Assembly (NCBI GenBank): GCA_009859145.1
Contig: VRVR01000050.1
Coordinates: forward strand, 62,001-126,000
Reading direction: 5' to 3'
Length of the DNA: 64,000 bases
DNA from: Andalucia godoyi And28
Lineage: Eukaryota; Protista; Jakobida
Every line of letters begins with the position of its first letter. Within the stretch, counting starts at the first letter, position 1. The translations under genes and the position numbers were made by a program. The notes below the pieces were generated by a model. It worked only from the letters and a program-made list of their open reading frames with translations. It was not told where the DNA came from and ran no database searches. Positions 1-9,585 of the stretch are shown here, in pieces.

Positions 1-7
1 CCTAAGT

Positions 8-1483
8 GTGCTTTCGAACACCCGGTCGGTCGACATTGTGGGTCTGTCGCAGCTGGAAAGAGAAGTCATTCTTGGGAAGTCTTCAAAAGAAGAGCACATC
101 GAGGATTCGACGAAGTCACCCAAGGATTGGGTGGCACGGTTTTGCTACATTTCGAGGGACCAGTGTCTGTGGTTCGTCAGCCACCTGGCGAAGGCCACGG
201 TGTTTCGAATTCCACATCCTGCAGTCATGCAGCACATTTTGCAGAGATTTGACGGCACGGTGCATCTGGACTTTCCAAATTCCATGATTCGAATGTTCTA
301 TGCGCATCCGCAAACTATTTTGTTTTTCTCTGTGACATCACGAGACCTGAAGCTTTCTCCGTACCACTATCTGCGATTGTTCTTCAAACATGTTGGTTCT
401 TCAATTGTCGAATATTTTCCGGGAAAGCGATTGGAATTGTGCGGGCCGCTGGATATACAGCACCTTTCAGAAACGCTTTATCATGTTATTGTTGCCGGGA
501 TCAAACCGATGTTGGAATCCCGTGTCTGTGCGGACTGGAAGAAAAAAGTGGATGCCGGTGTTTCCGCCTACTCGTTGGATACGTGTGCATGGTCATTTGA
601 TTATTTGGTGCAGAATTCTGCTTCGGCATCGTTCTCAGCTGCGGTGTCCACGTCGACAGGGCCCAATGTAAAGGCAGATGTGGTGCTAGAACGCTCGCTG
701 CGTGATTCGACGTGCGATGCTGTCGATTTTCTTGCACGAGTTTCTGCTCTAATGGAATCCTTAGCAAAAACGAATTCAGCGCTTGTGCTCGACTTTCTAT
801 ACGGGTCGCGCTTCTGCGGTTTCGCAATCTTGGAGATGGCTTCCGCGCTGCTTTGGATTCCTGACTCGATGGTATTCAAAAAGTGCTGTCTTTGTATATC
901 AGACATTCTGAAAATTCTGTTTGGGGACCATGCGTCTGTATTTCTTGCTTCACAATCTGCTAGCGCATATGTGGAACTGCTTGCTGCTGTTACGTCACTT
1001 CGACTTTTGGAAGCCGTTCCGTTTGGGACGCCGGACGTTGTATCCGAAGCCCTGTCTTCGCTTCGACTCATTTTCAGTGCCTTTATGGTTGATCACAGAG
1101 CCAATTTCGGCGGTCGTTGTGATGTCGCATTGCGGCAGTGGTACGTCAGTCGATTCTGTCCCGTGTATGCCGTGATCTCCAGCAATCCTATCGCTTCGTT
1201 TTCCGATACCGTATGGTTGGATGACCTCCCTTCGCGTCTTGCAATGGCAGTCTCTGCATCGAAGCAGAAGACCGTGCTGAAGTCTGTTTTTGGATCACAG
1301 TCGTTCAATCTATTGAATGTGCGCGCATTGCTTTTGAACAGGATGAAGTTGCACGTTTCCCATTCAACTGCGGCTTCGGGGAAAAAAACCAGGATGGCTG
1401 TCGACGATTCAGAGAAAATTCTGAGGCCGAAGCATAGCGGCGAGGAAGACGAACTGGCTGGGTTTGATTTGTTTGCTGTGTAA
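8..1483 (+). CDS. Hypothetical helical protein (may be 5'-incomplete)
   Basis: 491-codon open frame running from the window edge to TAA at 1483; no family motif recognised. Confidence 0.6.
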   Translation: MLSNTRSVDIVGLSQLEREVILGKSSKEEHIEDSTKSPKDWVARFCYISRDQCLWFVSHLAKATVFRIPHPAVMQHILQRFDGTVHLDFPNSMIRMFYAHPQTILFFSVTSRDLKLSPYHYLRLFFKHVGSSIVEYFPGKRLELCGPLDIQHLSETLYHVIVAGIKPMLESRVCADWKKKVDAGVSAYSLDTCAWSFDYLVQNSASASFSAAVSTSTGPNVKADVVLERSLRDSTCDAVDFLARVSALMESLAKTNSALVLDFLYGSRFCGFAILEMASALLWIPDSMVFKKCCLCISDILKILFGDHASVFLASQSASAYVELLAAVTSLRLLEAVPFGTPDVVSEALSSLRLIFSAFMVDHRANFGGRCDVALRQWYVSRFCPVYAVISSNPIASFSDTVWLDDLPSRLAMAVSASKQKTVLKSVFGSQSFNLLNVRALLLNRMKLHVSHSTAASGKKTRMAVDDSEKILRPKHSGEEDELAGFDLFAV

Positions 1484-1621
1484 GATATATGGGAAAAATT
1501 GGCGCACAGAAGAGGGAAAGGCGGAAAATGAAACGTGCCTGATATCGTTCACTTCTACGGAAATACTTCTTCTCCTTTCTCTTTTATTATTTATTATTAT
1601 TTTATTATTTTAAGAGTACTT

Positions 1622-4600
1622 TTACGGTAACGGCGCAGCAGAAGAGGATGGTTTTCCATCTGTGCGCTGACTCCGAGAAACAGGATGGGTATCTACCACG
1701 ACACCGCCCGCAACAGTAATTTCTCCCATTCTCAATGTCACACGTCCCAGAGCCTTGCAATCTGCAAATTTCTCCAGTGCAACTTCTCCAGACTGCTTGC
1801 TTGCCGACGCATGCTTGGATTCAATGACTTCCAATACGAGTCTCGCTTGGATACCAGCGCCGTGGATGGAACGATTGCTTCCCACAATGTACAACACACG
1901 AACTGGGACCACATTTGCATGCAAGAAAAGCAAAAGACTGGAACCGCGAGTGATAACATGCTCTGAAGAAAACGTAAGCACAGATACTTCAAAGCGGTGC
2001 GCAACAGGGCACCACTGGTTTCGAGGGTTGAACGCACAAATGATCATTCCCGTCACGACACCAACTTCATCTGCATTGTTCGGACGACCCCGAGACTTTT
2101 CCAAATCCGCACCAGGCGCGTTCAAAAAGTTTCCAGCAATCGGCTCTAGTGTCACGATTCCCAAGTCACCTACAGACAACTGCCGAATGGCAACATGCCC
2201 AAGTGACGCCACGCGAAGCGGAATGTTGCGGGGTCTCGTAACAACCATGTCCCCAACTCTCATGGTCCCTGACTCAACACGAACGTGAACAACAGGACAG
2301 TTGCGCATTGGTACCCCTAGTTCTTGGACCACTACGCGAAGTGGTGCATCCGCAGAGGGACGCTGGACAGGTCGGAAGAACAAGTCAAAGCAGTCGAGCA
2401 GAGAGGGGCCCCGGTAAAATGATGCAATTTCAGCGGAAGCGCGGGACAGGTCATCTCTGCCGACCGTGCCAAATTGCTCGTCTTCACCAGCAGCGGACGA
2501 CGATGATGACGACAAAGTACTTGAGCTTGCATTTGAATTTGAAACTGACGAAGATACAATGTTCACGCCCAAGAGTGCTGAACAAGGAACAAACACCACG
2601 CTAGCACTTGCCAGATACGCAGATCGCTCGGCATCCTTGTCCGGTTGCAAGAACAGATCGACTGCATCTTGGCCCCCATTCTTGAAACCAATGGAAGTGA
2701 GGAAATCCAGAATTTGGTGCGCAATCGAGATGAATCGACTTCGCTTCGCGTCGACTCCAGCTATGCGGTCGATCTGATTCATGGCAAAGAGGATCTGCTG
2801 AATGCCGAGCGATCGACACAGCATGAGATGTTCCCGCAGGGTTCCCCGCAAACTTTCCTGAAGGGCATCGCCCCATGAAGCTTCAAAGCCACCCGGAGCA
2901 CAGTTCACCACGACAAGCGCAACATCTGCAGACACCGCTCCGGCAATCGCGCGAGGGATGAAATCTCGATGTCCGGGAGCATCCATCCACCGAAGACGAA
3001 ACTTATCAACCACAACATCTCGATACGCAACGTCCATTGTAACACCGCGCTCTCGTTCTTCGGAGTTCTCATCGAGAATCCAGGCAAGGAAAAACGTCCC
3101 CTTTCCAGCCTCTGCAGCTGCCTTCTTCAGTCTCCGCAACTGAGCGGTCGACACTGCGCCAAGGGCATACAAGACTCGACCAGTTAGCGTGGATTTTCCA
3201 GAATCAACATGACCCAAACAGATCAGTGACAACGCAGGCTTGGAAGCAGAGGATGGCATCACTGTTTCCTGGTCCTTCATTTGTTCCTCTGCAGCAGCCA
3301 GAGCCTCTGATGCCGAAAATCCAGAAGACTCAAAGTCTGCTACGAGTCGCTGCAATTGGTCCACTTCAGATTTCTTCTTCGCGTCATCTTCTGAAGACAA
3401 ACGGGGCATCGACTCTGCTGTTGCTGCTACTTCTTCTGCTTGCCGTTCTTCTTCTGCTTGCCGTTGCTTCTTCCTGAACTCGATGCGCTTTCTACGCCGT
3501 CTCTCGTCAGGAGTCTCTTTGCTCCTCCGTAAGATCTTGAGGATTCTCTTCTGCTCGACGGTCAAATCGCCGTACGCACGGCGAACATGAACGGTTTTCC
3601 TTTTCGCCAACCGGGCTTGCAAAACAATATCGTCAGGTGAAAGCTCATGAAAATTGAAAATAAAAGGTGAAGTAGACAATGATAGTGATAATGATGATGG
3701 TGATGAATGCGGACCAGGAGACAAAACTGAAGGAGCGTGAGAACTTGATTGGGGAAACAAGTGGTCAATCCAATCCGCAACGGTGGATGGAAATCCAACG
3801 AAATCGCATCCCTTCTTGAGCTGTACATGCACATCACGGCATTGCGCCGAGGTACGACTAAAGCACTTGCCAAGAGCGGAAGTGTCATGGAGAGCTCGTA
3901 GAACCCGAACTTGAACACGCTTCTGCGTTCGGGAAGCAGACTGACCAAGTGAGTTTGGGACCGTCGGAAGAATCACAGGCCTCAAAAGCGGGACTGTCGG
4001 TAACTTGATGGTCGAAGGGCCAAACGATGTTCCGGCTATTGCCGCTAAAGATGGTGACGAAGACATCAAGTCTTTTGCCCAATCCAGCGAGGACGTTGGC
4101 GCGCATGACACGGGCGTCCCAGCACTGGGTGGCGCAAGATTTGGAACCACAAATGTTCCAAATGATGGGACACCAGGCAGCGCTCGTAACAACGGCTCGT
4201 GCTTCGGCTGCGCGCCAGTCGCCACGGAAACCATGGTTGAATACCCTGGCGAGACACCGACAACCGGAACAGACGCATTGCGATTCGGTAATCCGGGTGC
4301 GGTGATTTGCGCGTGATTGTGAGCTTCCAAGATTTGTGCATCCGTGACTTCTAAAGCAGCGATGTCCGAAGAATCTAGGAAACATTCCGCATGAAGAAGA
4401 AGAAGAAGAAGAACGAAAAACACACATGAGAACAGAACCGTGTGCACGGAGATGCCAATGTGCAGGCAATCGGCAATGAGAAACGGAAGAGAAATTGGGA
4501 AAGGGGCGGTTGCTCATGAACATGCAAACGAAGCAAGATCGCATCACACCAACAGCGCACAACAACAGCGCACAACAGCGCACCACCGATTCCTGCAATT

Positions 4601-5246
4601 TCTTTCAGAAACTCAAAGCCAAAAGCAGTTACACATATTGTACACAACACGCGCACGACACGATCTCAGTACCACTTCCGTTGCATTCACTCTACTAAAT
4701 CATGCCCACATAATTCAGCGAGCCAAAAAGCGGAATGCTCACCTGGACATCCCCCGAACCAACCCCTTTCCGCACACTCCACAATCCACAACAAGAAAAA
4801 TACAAGAAGAAAAAGCCGCAGAGAACATAAAGAATGAAGAGCAATAGCGAGTGTCGTGAGAACATACCTTTTTCTTCTTTTTCCTTTTTTGCGTTTTCGG
4901 CTGCTAATTGCTGTTTCCGACGCTGCTCCTCTTGGAATCTCTTCTTTTCAAGAGCGTCGACAAGGACAGTGACGGCAGCCTCGGCATCCAAGTCGCACTT
5001 GTCCAGCGCAGCAAGCATCTCTTCATACGAAAATGTGCTGTGGCCAAGTATTGACTCGATATACTCAATTCCGGATTCAACAAGCGCTTCTTCCTCTTCG
5101 TTTGGAGCAGACGATCCCAAATATCTCTGTCCGGAAAACCCGTCGTCTTCCAACGATCCTTGCTCATCTTCCTCCCCATAATCATCATCTTCGTAATCAT
5201 CATACGCATCATCATGATCATGCTGTATGCGGCCGCCTCGAGCCAT
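1622..5246 (-). CDS. HBS1: HBS1-like translational GTPase carrying Ski7-type motifs; exons 5246-4868 and 4374-1622
   Basis: Exon 1 has the HBS1 N-terminal helical domain (GIEYIESILG...DAEAAVTVL). AAG|GTATGT donor at 4867 and CTAG| acceptor at 4375 join in frame (EEK-D-SSD). G-domain motifs GHVDSGKS, ERERGVTMD, DAPGHRDF; beta-barrel C-terminus ALGRVTLR. Confidence 0.9.
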
Positions 5247-5688
5247 TGTGTAAACGCGAAAACTCTACAATTCTCTAACAAGAACATCCTGTAAAAGACG
5301 AATGGTTGAAACAAAAGCAACAGCCGAGTTTATATTTATCATCGAAAACTTTTCGAATATGTCAGAGATGTCATTGTCTCTCTCTCTCTCTCCTCGCTCA
5401 CACACAGACACATGCATGCATGCATAGGAAGTCACTACGACTGCGTGTGTTCGATAGTTCGTGGAAGTCGCTGGTAATATGTGTATTACTACTATTTTCC
5501 TGTAAAATTTTAAAAATAAAAAATACAGGAAAACAATCCGGGAAACTGACAGCCTTGCTTTGGGTCATGGGGCCACCGCCCCGGGGAGGGGGTACTCTAA
5601 AAGGGGTGGTCGGCATTGGCTTCGACCCCCTCAAGCCGATATGCCTAACCGTTTTGCATACCTGGTATGCCTATTAGCTTGCTTGGTT

Positions 5689-5727
5689 AACTGGTCTGAC
5701 CAATTAGCCTAACTGGTCTGACCAGCT
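5689..5727. promoter_or_regulatory. Two tandem 17-bp operator-like palindromes
   Basis: AACTGGTCTGACCAATT (5689-5705) and AACTGGTCTGACCAGCT (5711-5727); the TGGTCTGACCA core is palindromic and resembles GntR/FadR-family operators. Confidence 0.5.
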
Positions 5728-5730
5728 AAC

Positions 5731-5837
5731 TGATAATCATTCTCATTAACATAGCGGGGCGTAATGACTATCATTCTCATTGGCTATGCTGCAATGCAGC
5801 AGATAGGTGGACTGGCTAGATGAGAATGCGTCTCATT
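5731..5837. repeat. Three ATGA-N-TCATT / TCATTCTCATT motifs (Fur-box-like)
   Basis: TGATAATCATTCTCATT 5731-5747, AATGACTATCATTCTCATT 5763-5781, ATGAGAATGCGTCTCATT 5820-5837. Confidence 0.5.
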
Positions 5838-6033
5838 ACCAATGCGGTGCGCAGCCTATTAACCACACTGCCAATATGACTATCAGACTGTGCACCAAGC
5901 GCGTGCGAGTCAGCCAGTATGGTGTATGCCTGATCATGGCCAACAGCTAGATAGTCGCAACCTATGGCCTAACCCAACATCGATAGTCAAAAGCTATCAT
6001 CTCACATTGTGAAAAGCCTCACCAAGGCATCAG

Positions 6034-6111
6034 AATCGCGCTGTAACGCGTTTTTTCCCGATCCTATATCAGCGTATTACTACACAGCCAAACGCGCCAC
6101 AGAGAGCGATT
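6034..6111. repeat. Imperfect inverted repeat (hairpin) downstream of the island ORFs
   Basis: AATCGCGCTGTAACGCGTT (6034-6052) vs AACGCGCCACAGAGAGCGATT (6091-6111; reverse complement AATCGCTCTCTGTGGCGCGTT). Confidence 0.5.
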
Positions 6112-6154
6112 GTGCAAGCACCCTCTGCAGCCCTTATAAACACTGGCTTCCAGC

Positions 6155-6406
6155 CTACCCAATATCAGCGATGATCTGGTCGGCTGTCCTGATACGTTTG
6201 AAAGCTGCAGCCTTTCGATTAGCACGTGCTCTCAGTTTCATACGCTCACGAATGGCAGCAAAGCTCTCAGGACACAGCCACAGCTCAGTGAATGTGCCAT
6301 CCTTCCGCAGCCTACCCATGTCATACCCACGGAAATACTGGCCTGTATCGGCATTGTAATCACCACAGCGGAATGGCTTGTTGGTCTCGGGGTTCAAACG
6401 TTTCAT
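6155..6406 (-). CDS. Small phage-like protein, paralog of the N-terminal domain of the adjacent HNH protein
   Basis: MKRLNPETNKPFRCGD...YFRGYD...RKDGTFTELWLCPESFAAIR aligns with MKRNNPETGQPFIYGD...VFWGYD...KKDGYFPEAWRSPESFDAAR. ATG at 6406 is preceded by TGAGGTATTAC. Confidence 0.75.
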   Translation of the reverse strand: MKRLNPETNKPFRCGDYNADTGQYFRGYDMGRLRKDGTFTELWLCPESFAAIRERMKLRARANRKAAAFKRIRTADQIIADIG

Positions 6407-6453
6407 GTAATACCTCACTGATTAAGTTGGTATCACTATAGAACCATCGCATA

Positions 6454-6969
6454 TCACTCACAGTTAGCGGCAATGGCCTTGCACATTGCAAAGAATTGAT
6501 CCTGCGCCATATCATTACGCGCACTGTTAACACACCAACAGACCAACACCACATTATCGGGTGTGTATCCGATGTTGTTGTCTTTACGTTCAAGGCTAAC
6601 AAGCCGATCATCGCCAGTTTCAAAGTTCATCGGCCACTGAGTGTAAGCACACAAACCCCGCTGGCTATCCCAAAGGTTAGTCAAAAACTCAGCGTCAATA
6701 GTTGGTGTTTCATGCCCACGCTTTTTTGCTGAGTGACGCGCAGCATGTATTAGTTTGTGCATACAACCTTGTTTAGTGGTTCTATATTCTCGTTTTGATG
6801 CCGTTGACTTAATTCTAGCTGCATCAAATGATTCGGGACTGCGCCACGCTTCCGGAAAGTATCCGTCTTTTTTCACTTTCTTCAAGTCATAGCCCCAGAA
6901 CACGTACCCATCGCGGCGAGTGTCGCCATAGATGAAAGGCTGTCCAGTTTCAGGGTTATTGCGCTTCAT
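6454..6969 (-). CDS. HNH/His-Me finger-type endonuclease, phage-like, 171 aa
   Basis: C-terminal GLCAYT...SLERKDNNIGYTPDNVVLVCWCVNSARN matches the SLDRID-x3-GY-x2-DNV-x-LVC-x2-VN pattern of viral HNH proteins. ATG is preceded by TGAGGTATACAAC. Confidence 0.8.
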   Translation of the reverse strand: MKRNNPETGQPFIYGDTRRDGYVFWGYDLKKVKKDGYFPEAWRSPESFDAARIKSTASKREYRTTKQGCMHKLIHAARHSAKKRGHETPTIDAEFLTNLWDSQRGLCAYTQWPMNFETGDDRLVSLERKDNNIGYTPDNVVLVCWCVNSARNDMAQDQFFAMCKAIAANCE

Positions 6970-7043
6970 GTTGTATACCTCATAAAAATGTTCTCAATAC
7001 TACTCCATGGTCCACGGATCTGCGCGCATCCATTGCACACTGA

Positions 7044-7277
7044 TCACACACATCCCCCCCTCGCTGACGATGGCCACCTGACCCTGACAGTTCCTGAACT
7101 CGTGCGCTTTGTGCGACAGTCGCTGTTGAAACCCCATAACAGTCTGTACGACATCCTCTGGCGTGCAAGGTCCTGCATCAGATCCGCCGCGCGGCGAAGA
7201 TGCTTGCAAAAACGGACCATCTCATTAATGAATTCTGTGTGTTGCATGCACATGGGATTGATTGCTGTCGATTGCAT
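7044..7277 (-). CDS. Possible small hypothetical protein (77 aa); host or island origin unclear
   Basis: ATG-started ORF with an amphipathic-looking helix (FINEMVRFCKHLRRAADLMQDL); no homology recognised. Confidence 0.25.
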   Translation of the reverse strand: MQSTAINPMCMQHTEFINEMVRFCKHLRRAADLMQDLARQRMSYRLLWGFNSDCRTKRTSSGTVRVRWPSSARGGCV

Positions 7278-7407
7278 TTTGTCACTGCCAGCTTTGTTTC
7301 GCTTGTCTTTACTAGTGCTCTACACACAAACAAATGAAAGAGGGAAAAGAGCAAGATGAAAAAGAAAAGGAAGAAACACGCAAGAAGAGGGCAGGCTTAA
7401 CGTGAGC

Positions 7408-7671
7408 TTATGCGTACTTTGCCTTGAGCGCCTCGACGATGGAAACGTACTGCTCCATGGCCTGGTCCTTGGTCAGACCCTTTCTGTCGTTCCATGCACC
7501 CCACTTGGCCTTGCCCTTAAGATCCAAAAACCCGGGCTTTGCAGTTGTGTTGTCTCCTTCCGTGGCCTGCTTGAAGAGGCCATAAAGCTGCAAAAGCTCG
7601 TCGTCCGTCGGCTTGTTGGGCAAGCTCTTGACGGCATCTGCTGCGGCGTTGAATCGTTCCTGGAGAGACAT
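7408..7671 (-). CDS. ACBP: Acyl-CoA-binding protein
   Basis: LLQLYGLFKQATEGD...PGFLDLKGKAKWGAWN...AMEQYV signature, 87 aa. Confidence 0.97.
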   Translation of the reverse strand: MSLQERFNAAADAVKSLPNKPTDDELLQLYGLFKQATEGDNTTAKPGFLDLKGKAKWGAWNDRKGLTKDQAMEQYVSIVEALKAKYA

Positions 7672-8271
7672 TTTTCAAAAAATCTTTGCAAACAAGTTTG
7701 ATTTATGCTGTAAATATATAGATATAGATATAGATATAGATAAATAAAAATAAAATCAAGTCTGAATGCTTCAGGAATGCGGACCGAAAATCAAATGGAA
7801 ACTCCGTCATCGTGGGATTGTGGAACTGGTGGGGCTGAGCGGACTGACTGCACTGACATGTCAGCGGGTTTTGGCGTTTTTACAACAGGAATTTCGTACT
7901 GGCCTGTTTCCCCTGCATTTCCTCTGGTCGACTTTCCAAGCACAGGAACTGCATTTTTCCTCTCTTGTTTTTATCTTTCTGTCTGTTTTGTTTCTAGTAC
8001 AGAGGGTTTCTTTTGCGTCGATACACAATGAGCGAAGTTCCTCTAGCTACTTTTCTGGAGGCGACAAGAATACCAACGTTTGAAATTCAGGTGGGAGCGA
8101 ATGGTGCCGTTGCTGTGCCTGACATGTATGCATTGCTTCTTGTCTTTTCAGTTTCAGTTTCAGTGTTTTCCGTCTAAAAGACAAGTGTGTTCCTTCAAAG
8201 ACTTCTAACCCCTTGATTTACATTTCATAAACTGCTGCTTCCGACCTTTTCTTTACGAGGCTTTTTTTTTC

Positions 8272-9585
8272 TTGGTTGTGGTTCAAATACACGTCATTGC
8301 ATTTAGAGAAAATCCAGTCGTTACGCTTCCCGAGGACAGCATCGTTGCGAGTGCCGCAAAGCAGAAGCTGACTGAGCAGCGTCAAGTATGGAGTTCGACT
8401 ATCTTGTCGCTGAACAAGGCACTTGGTGAGGTTGTGGACACTTGCTACGTGCTTCAAAGTCTCAAGCAGCATTCGAATTTTGATTTGACGAGCACGAAAT
8501 CAAAAACGGAAGTTGGGTCATCGTTTTCAAAAGCCCAGTCGTTGTTGATGAAGCAAGATGCAGTCAAACAGATTACCCAACGTATGCAGCTGTCACGGAC
8601 GACAATCGTGAAGCTGCAAGAGTGGAGAAAACGAAAGTGGGAATTGATTTCAAAGATCATGAATGGGTTCGCCGTGGTGTCTGATCATCATGGAAGTTCG
8701 TTTCAGATCTCCCTGTCGACGAACCTCCTTGAGCGCTCTATGGGTCCTGTCTCGGCGTATCTCAGTTTCCACAAAATGACACATCGATTGGAATCATGTG
8801 CTCTCGGAGGTGCCGTGGACCTTGGGACACTCGGCCCAGTCAAGTTTGAGGATTTCTTGAAATCCATTGGAGAGCCGGATGCCAAGGAATTGGATATGGA
8901 TCAACTCGCAGACAATTTGACAAGGTTCTTCCGTTCTGCACAGACGAGGTACGTCGCGTGTCTTGCATTTTCCTTCTTTTCAAGGGAAACGATGGGGCTG
9001 AACGAGTTTGTTGCATCAGATTGTTCTGCAACGCGCATCGCGATCGATCTTTCAAGTGATGGGTCCTCGGAACTGACGATCCAATTGGGCGCCGAGTACG
9101 CAGACGCACCGTTTCCGTATCTCTCTATCTGTGTGACAGGCGAAGATGTTCCAGTTCCGGAGCTATCACTGTACGCGGGCTTTACACTTCGATCTCTGAT
9201 CTTGTCGTTCATCGCTTCGCTGAACAGAATTGCTCAAGATCCGTCTTTTCGCGTGTTTTCGTATCAACAAGTCCCGAAACCGACGTTTTTGGCGGTTATC
9301 ACGCAGGCAGTCAATGCCAAACGGTATGGTTTGAAGATCAAGACATTTTTGGAATCGAACATGGGCAGTGCGTGGGCCTGCGAATTGGGTCCATTCGCTT
9401 TTCCAAAAACCCAGACGCTCTTTCTCCGGTCCCTCGCAAACGACGGGCTCTCGCATCCAATTTACGTCACCCCAAGTGGCATTTCTCTACCGCTGTTGAA
9501 AGGGGTTCATCGGTCGCTGGTTCGATGCTCAAATTCGGACAATCTTTTGGCAATTCTTCAGTATATGCTGGACGGATTTCAATGA
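8272..9585 (+). CDS. Mediator subunit 17-like (true start probably in an upstream exon near 7777)
   Basis: WSSTILSLNKALGEVVDTCYVLQSL and LLMKQDAVKQITQRM resemble the MED17 W-x-SVRNNLRSALTEM-x-VL and LISKKKSL helices; the track start is a TTG. Confidence 0.45.
   Translation: MVVVQIHVIAFRENPVVTLPEDSIVASAAKQKLTEQRQVWSSTILSLNKALGEVVDTCYVLQSLKQHSNFDLTSTKSKTEVGSSFSKAQSLLMKQDAVKQITQRMQLSRTTIVKLQEWRKRKWELISKIMNGFAVVSDHHGSSFQISLSTNLLERSMGPVSAYLSFHKMTHRLESCALGGAVDLGTLGPVKFEDFLKSIGEPDAKELDMDQLADNLTRFFRSAQTRYVACLAFSFFSRETMGLNEFVASDCSATRIAIDLSSDGSSELTIQLGAEYADAPFPYLSICVTGEDVPVPELSLYAGFTLRSLILSFIASLNRIAQDPSFRVFSYQQVPKPTFLAVITQAVNAKRYGLKIKTFLESNMGSAWACELGPFAFPKTQTLFLRSLANDGLSHPIYVTPSGISLPLLKGVHRSLVRCSNSDNLLAILQYMLDGFQ

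Larger units (their letters stand above)
5530..7000 (-). mobile_element. Phage/virus-like foreign segment (boundaries approximate)
   Basis: No host-type microsatellites; two compact paralogous ORFs with SD-like leaders, one an HNH nuclease; palindrome and repeat array; G-rich block GGGGAGGGGGTAC at 5583-5595. No TIR or TSD found by eye. Confidence 0.6.

Noticed and set aside
4640-4710. Possible box C/D snoRNA in the long HBS1 intron (ATGATTT...GGAAGTGGTA-CTGA)
   Set aside because: The C box is poor, there is no terminal stem, and the guide has a mismatch to the conserved 18S UACCACAUCC segment; not supportable without an Rfam/snoscan run.
4695-4745. Alternative exon or micro-exon at TCCAG|GTGAGC within the HBS1 intron
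   Set aside because: It would give a short stop-containing exon with no recognisable motif; no evidence without transcripts.
5689-5837. CRISPR-like array
   Set aside because: Only two or three short repeats, without regular unique spacers; no cas genes.
5530-7000. Calling the island a prophage or Polinton
   Set aside because: No integrase, polymerase, capsid, packaging ATPase or terminal repeats are visible.
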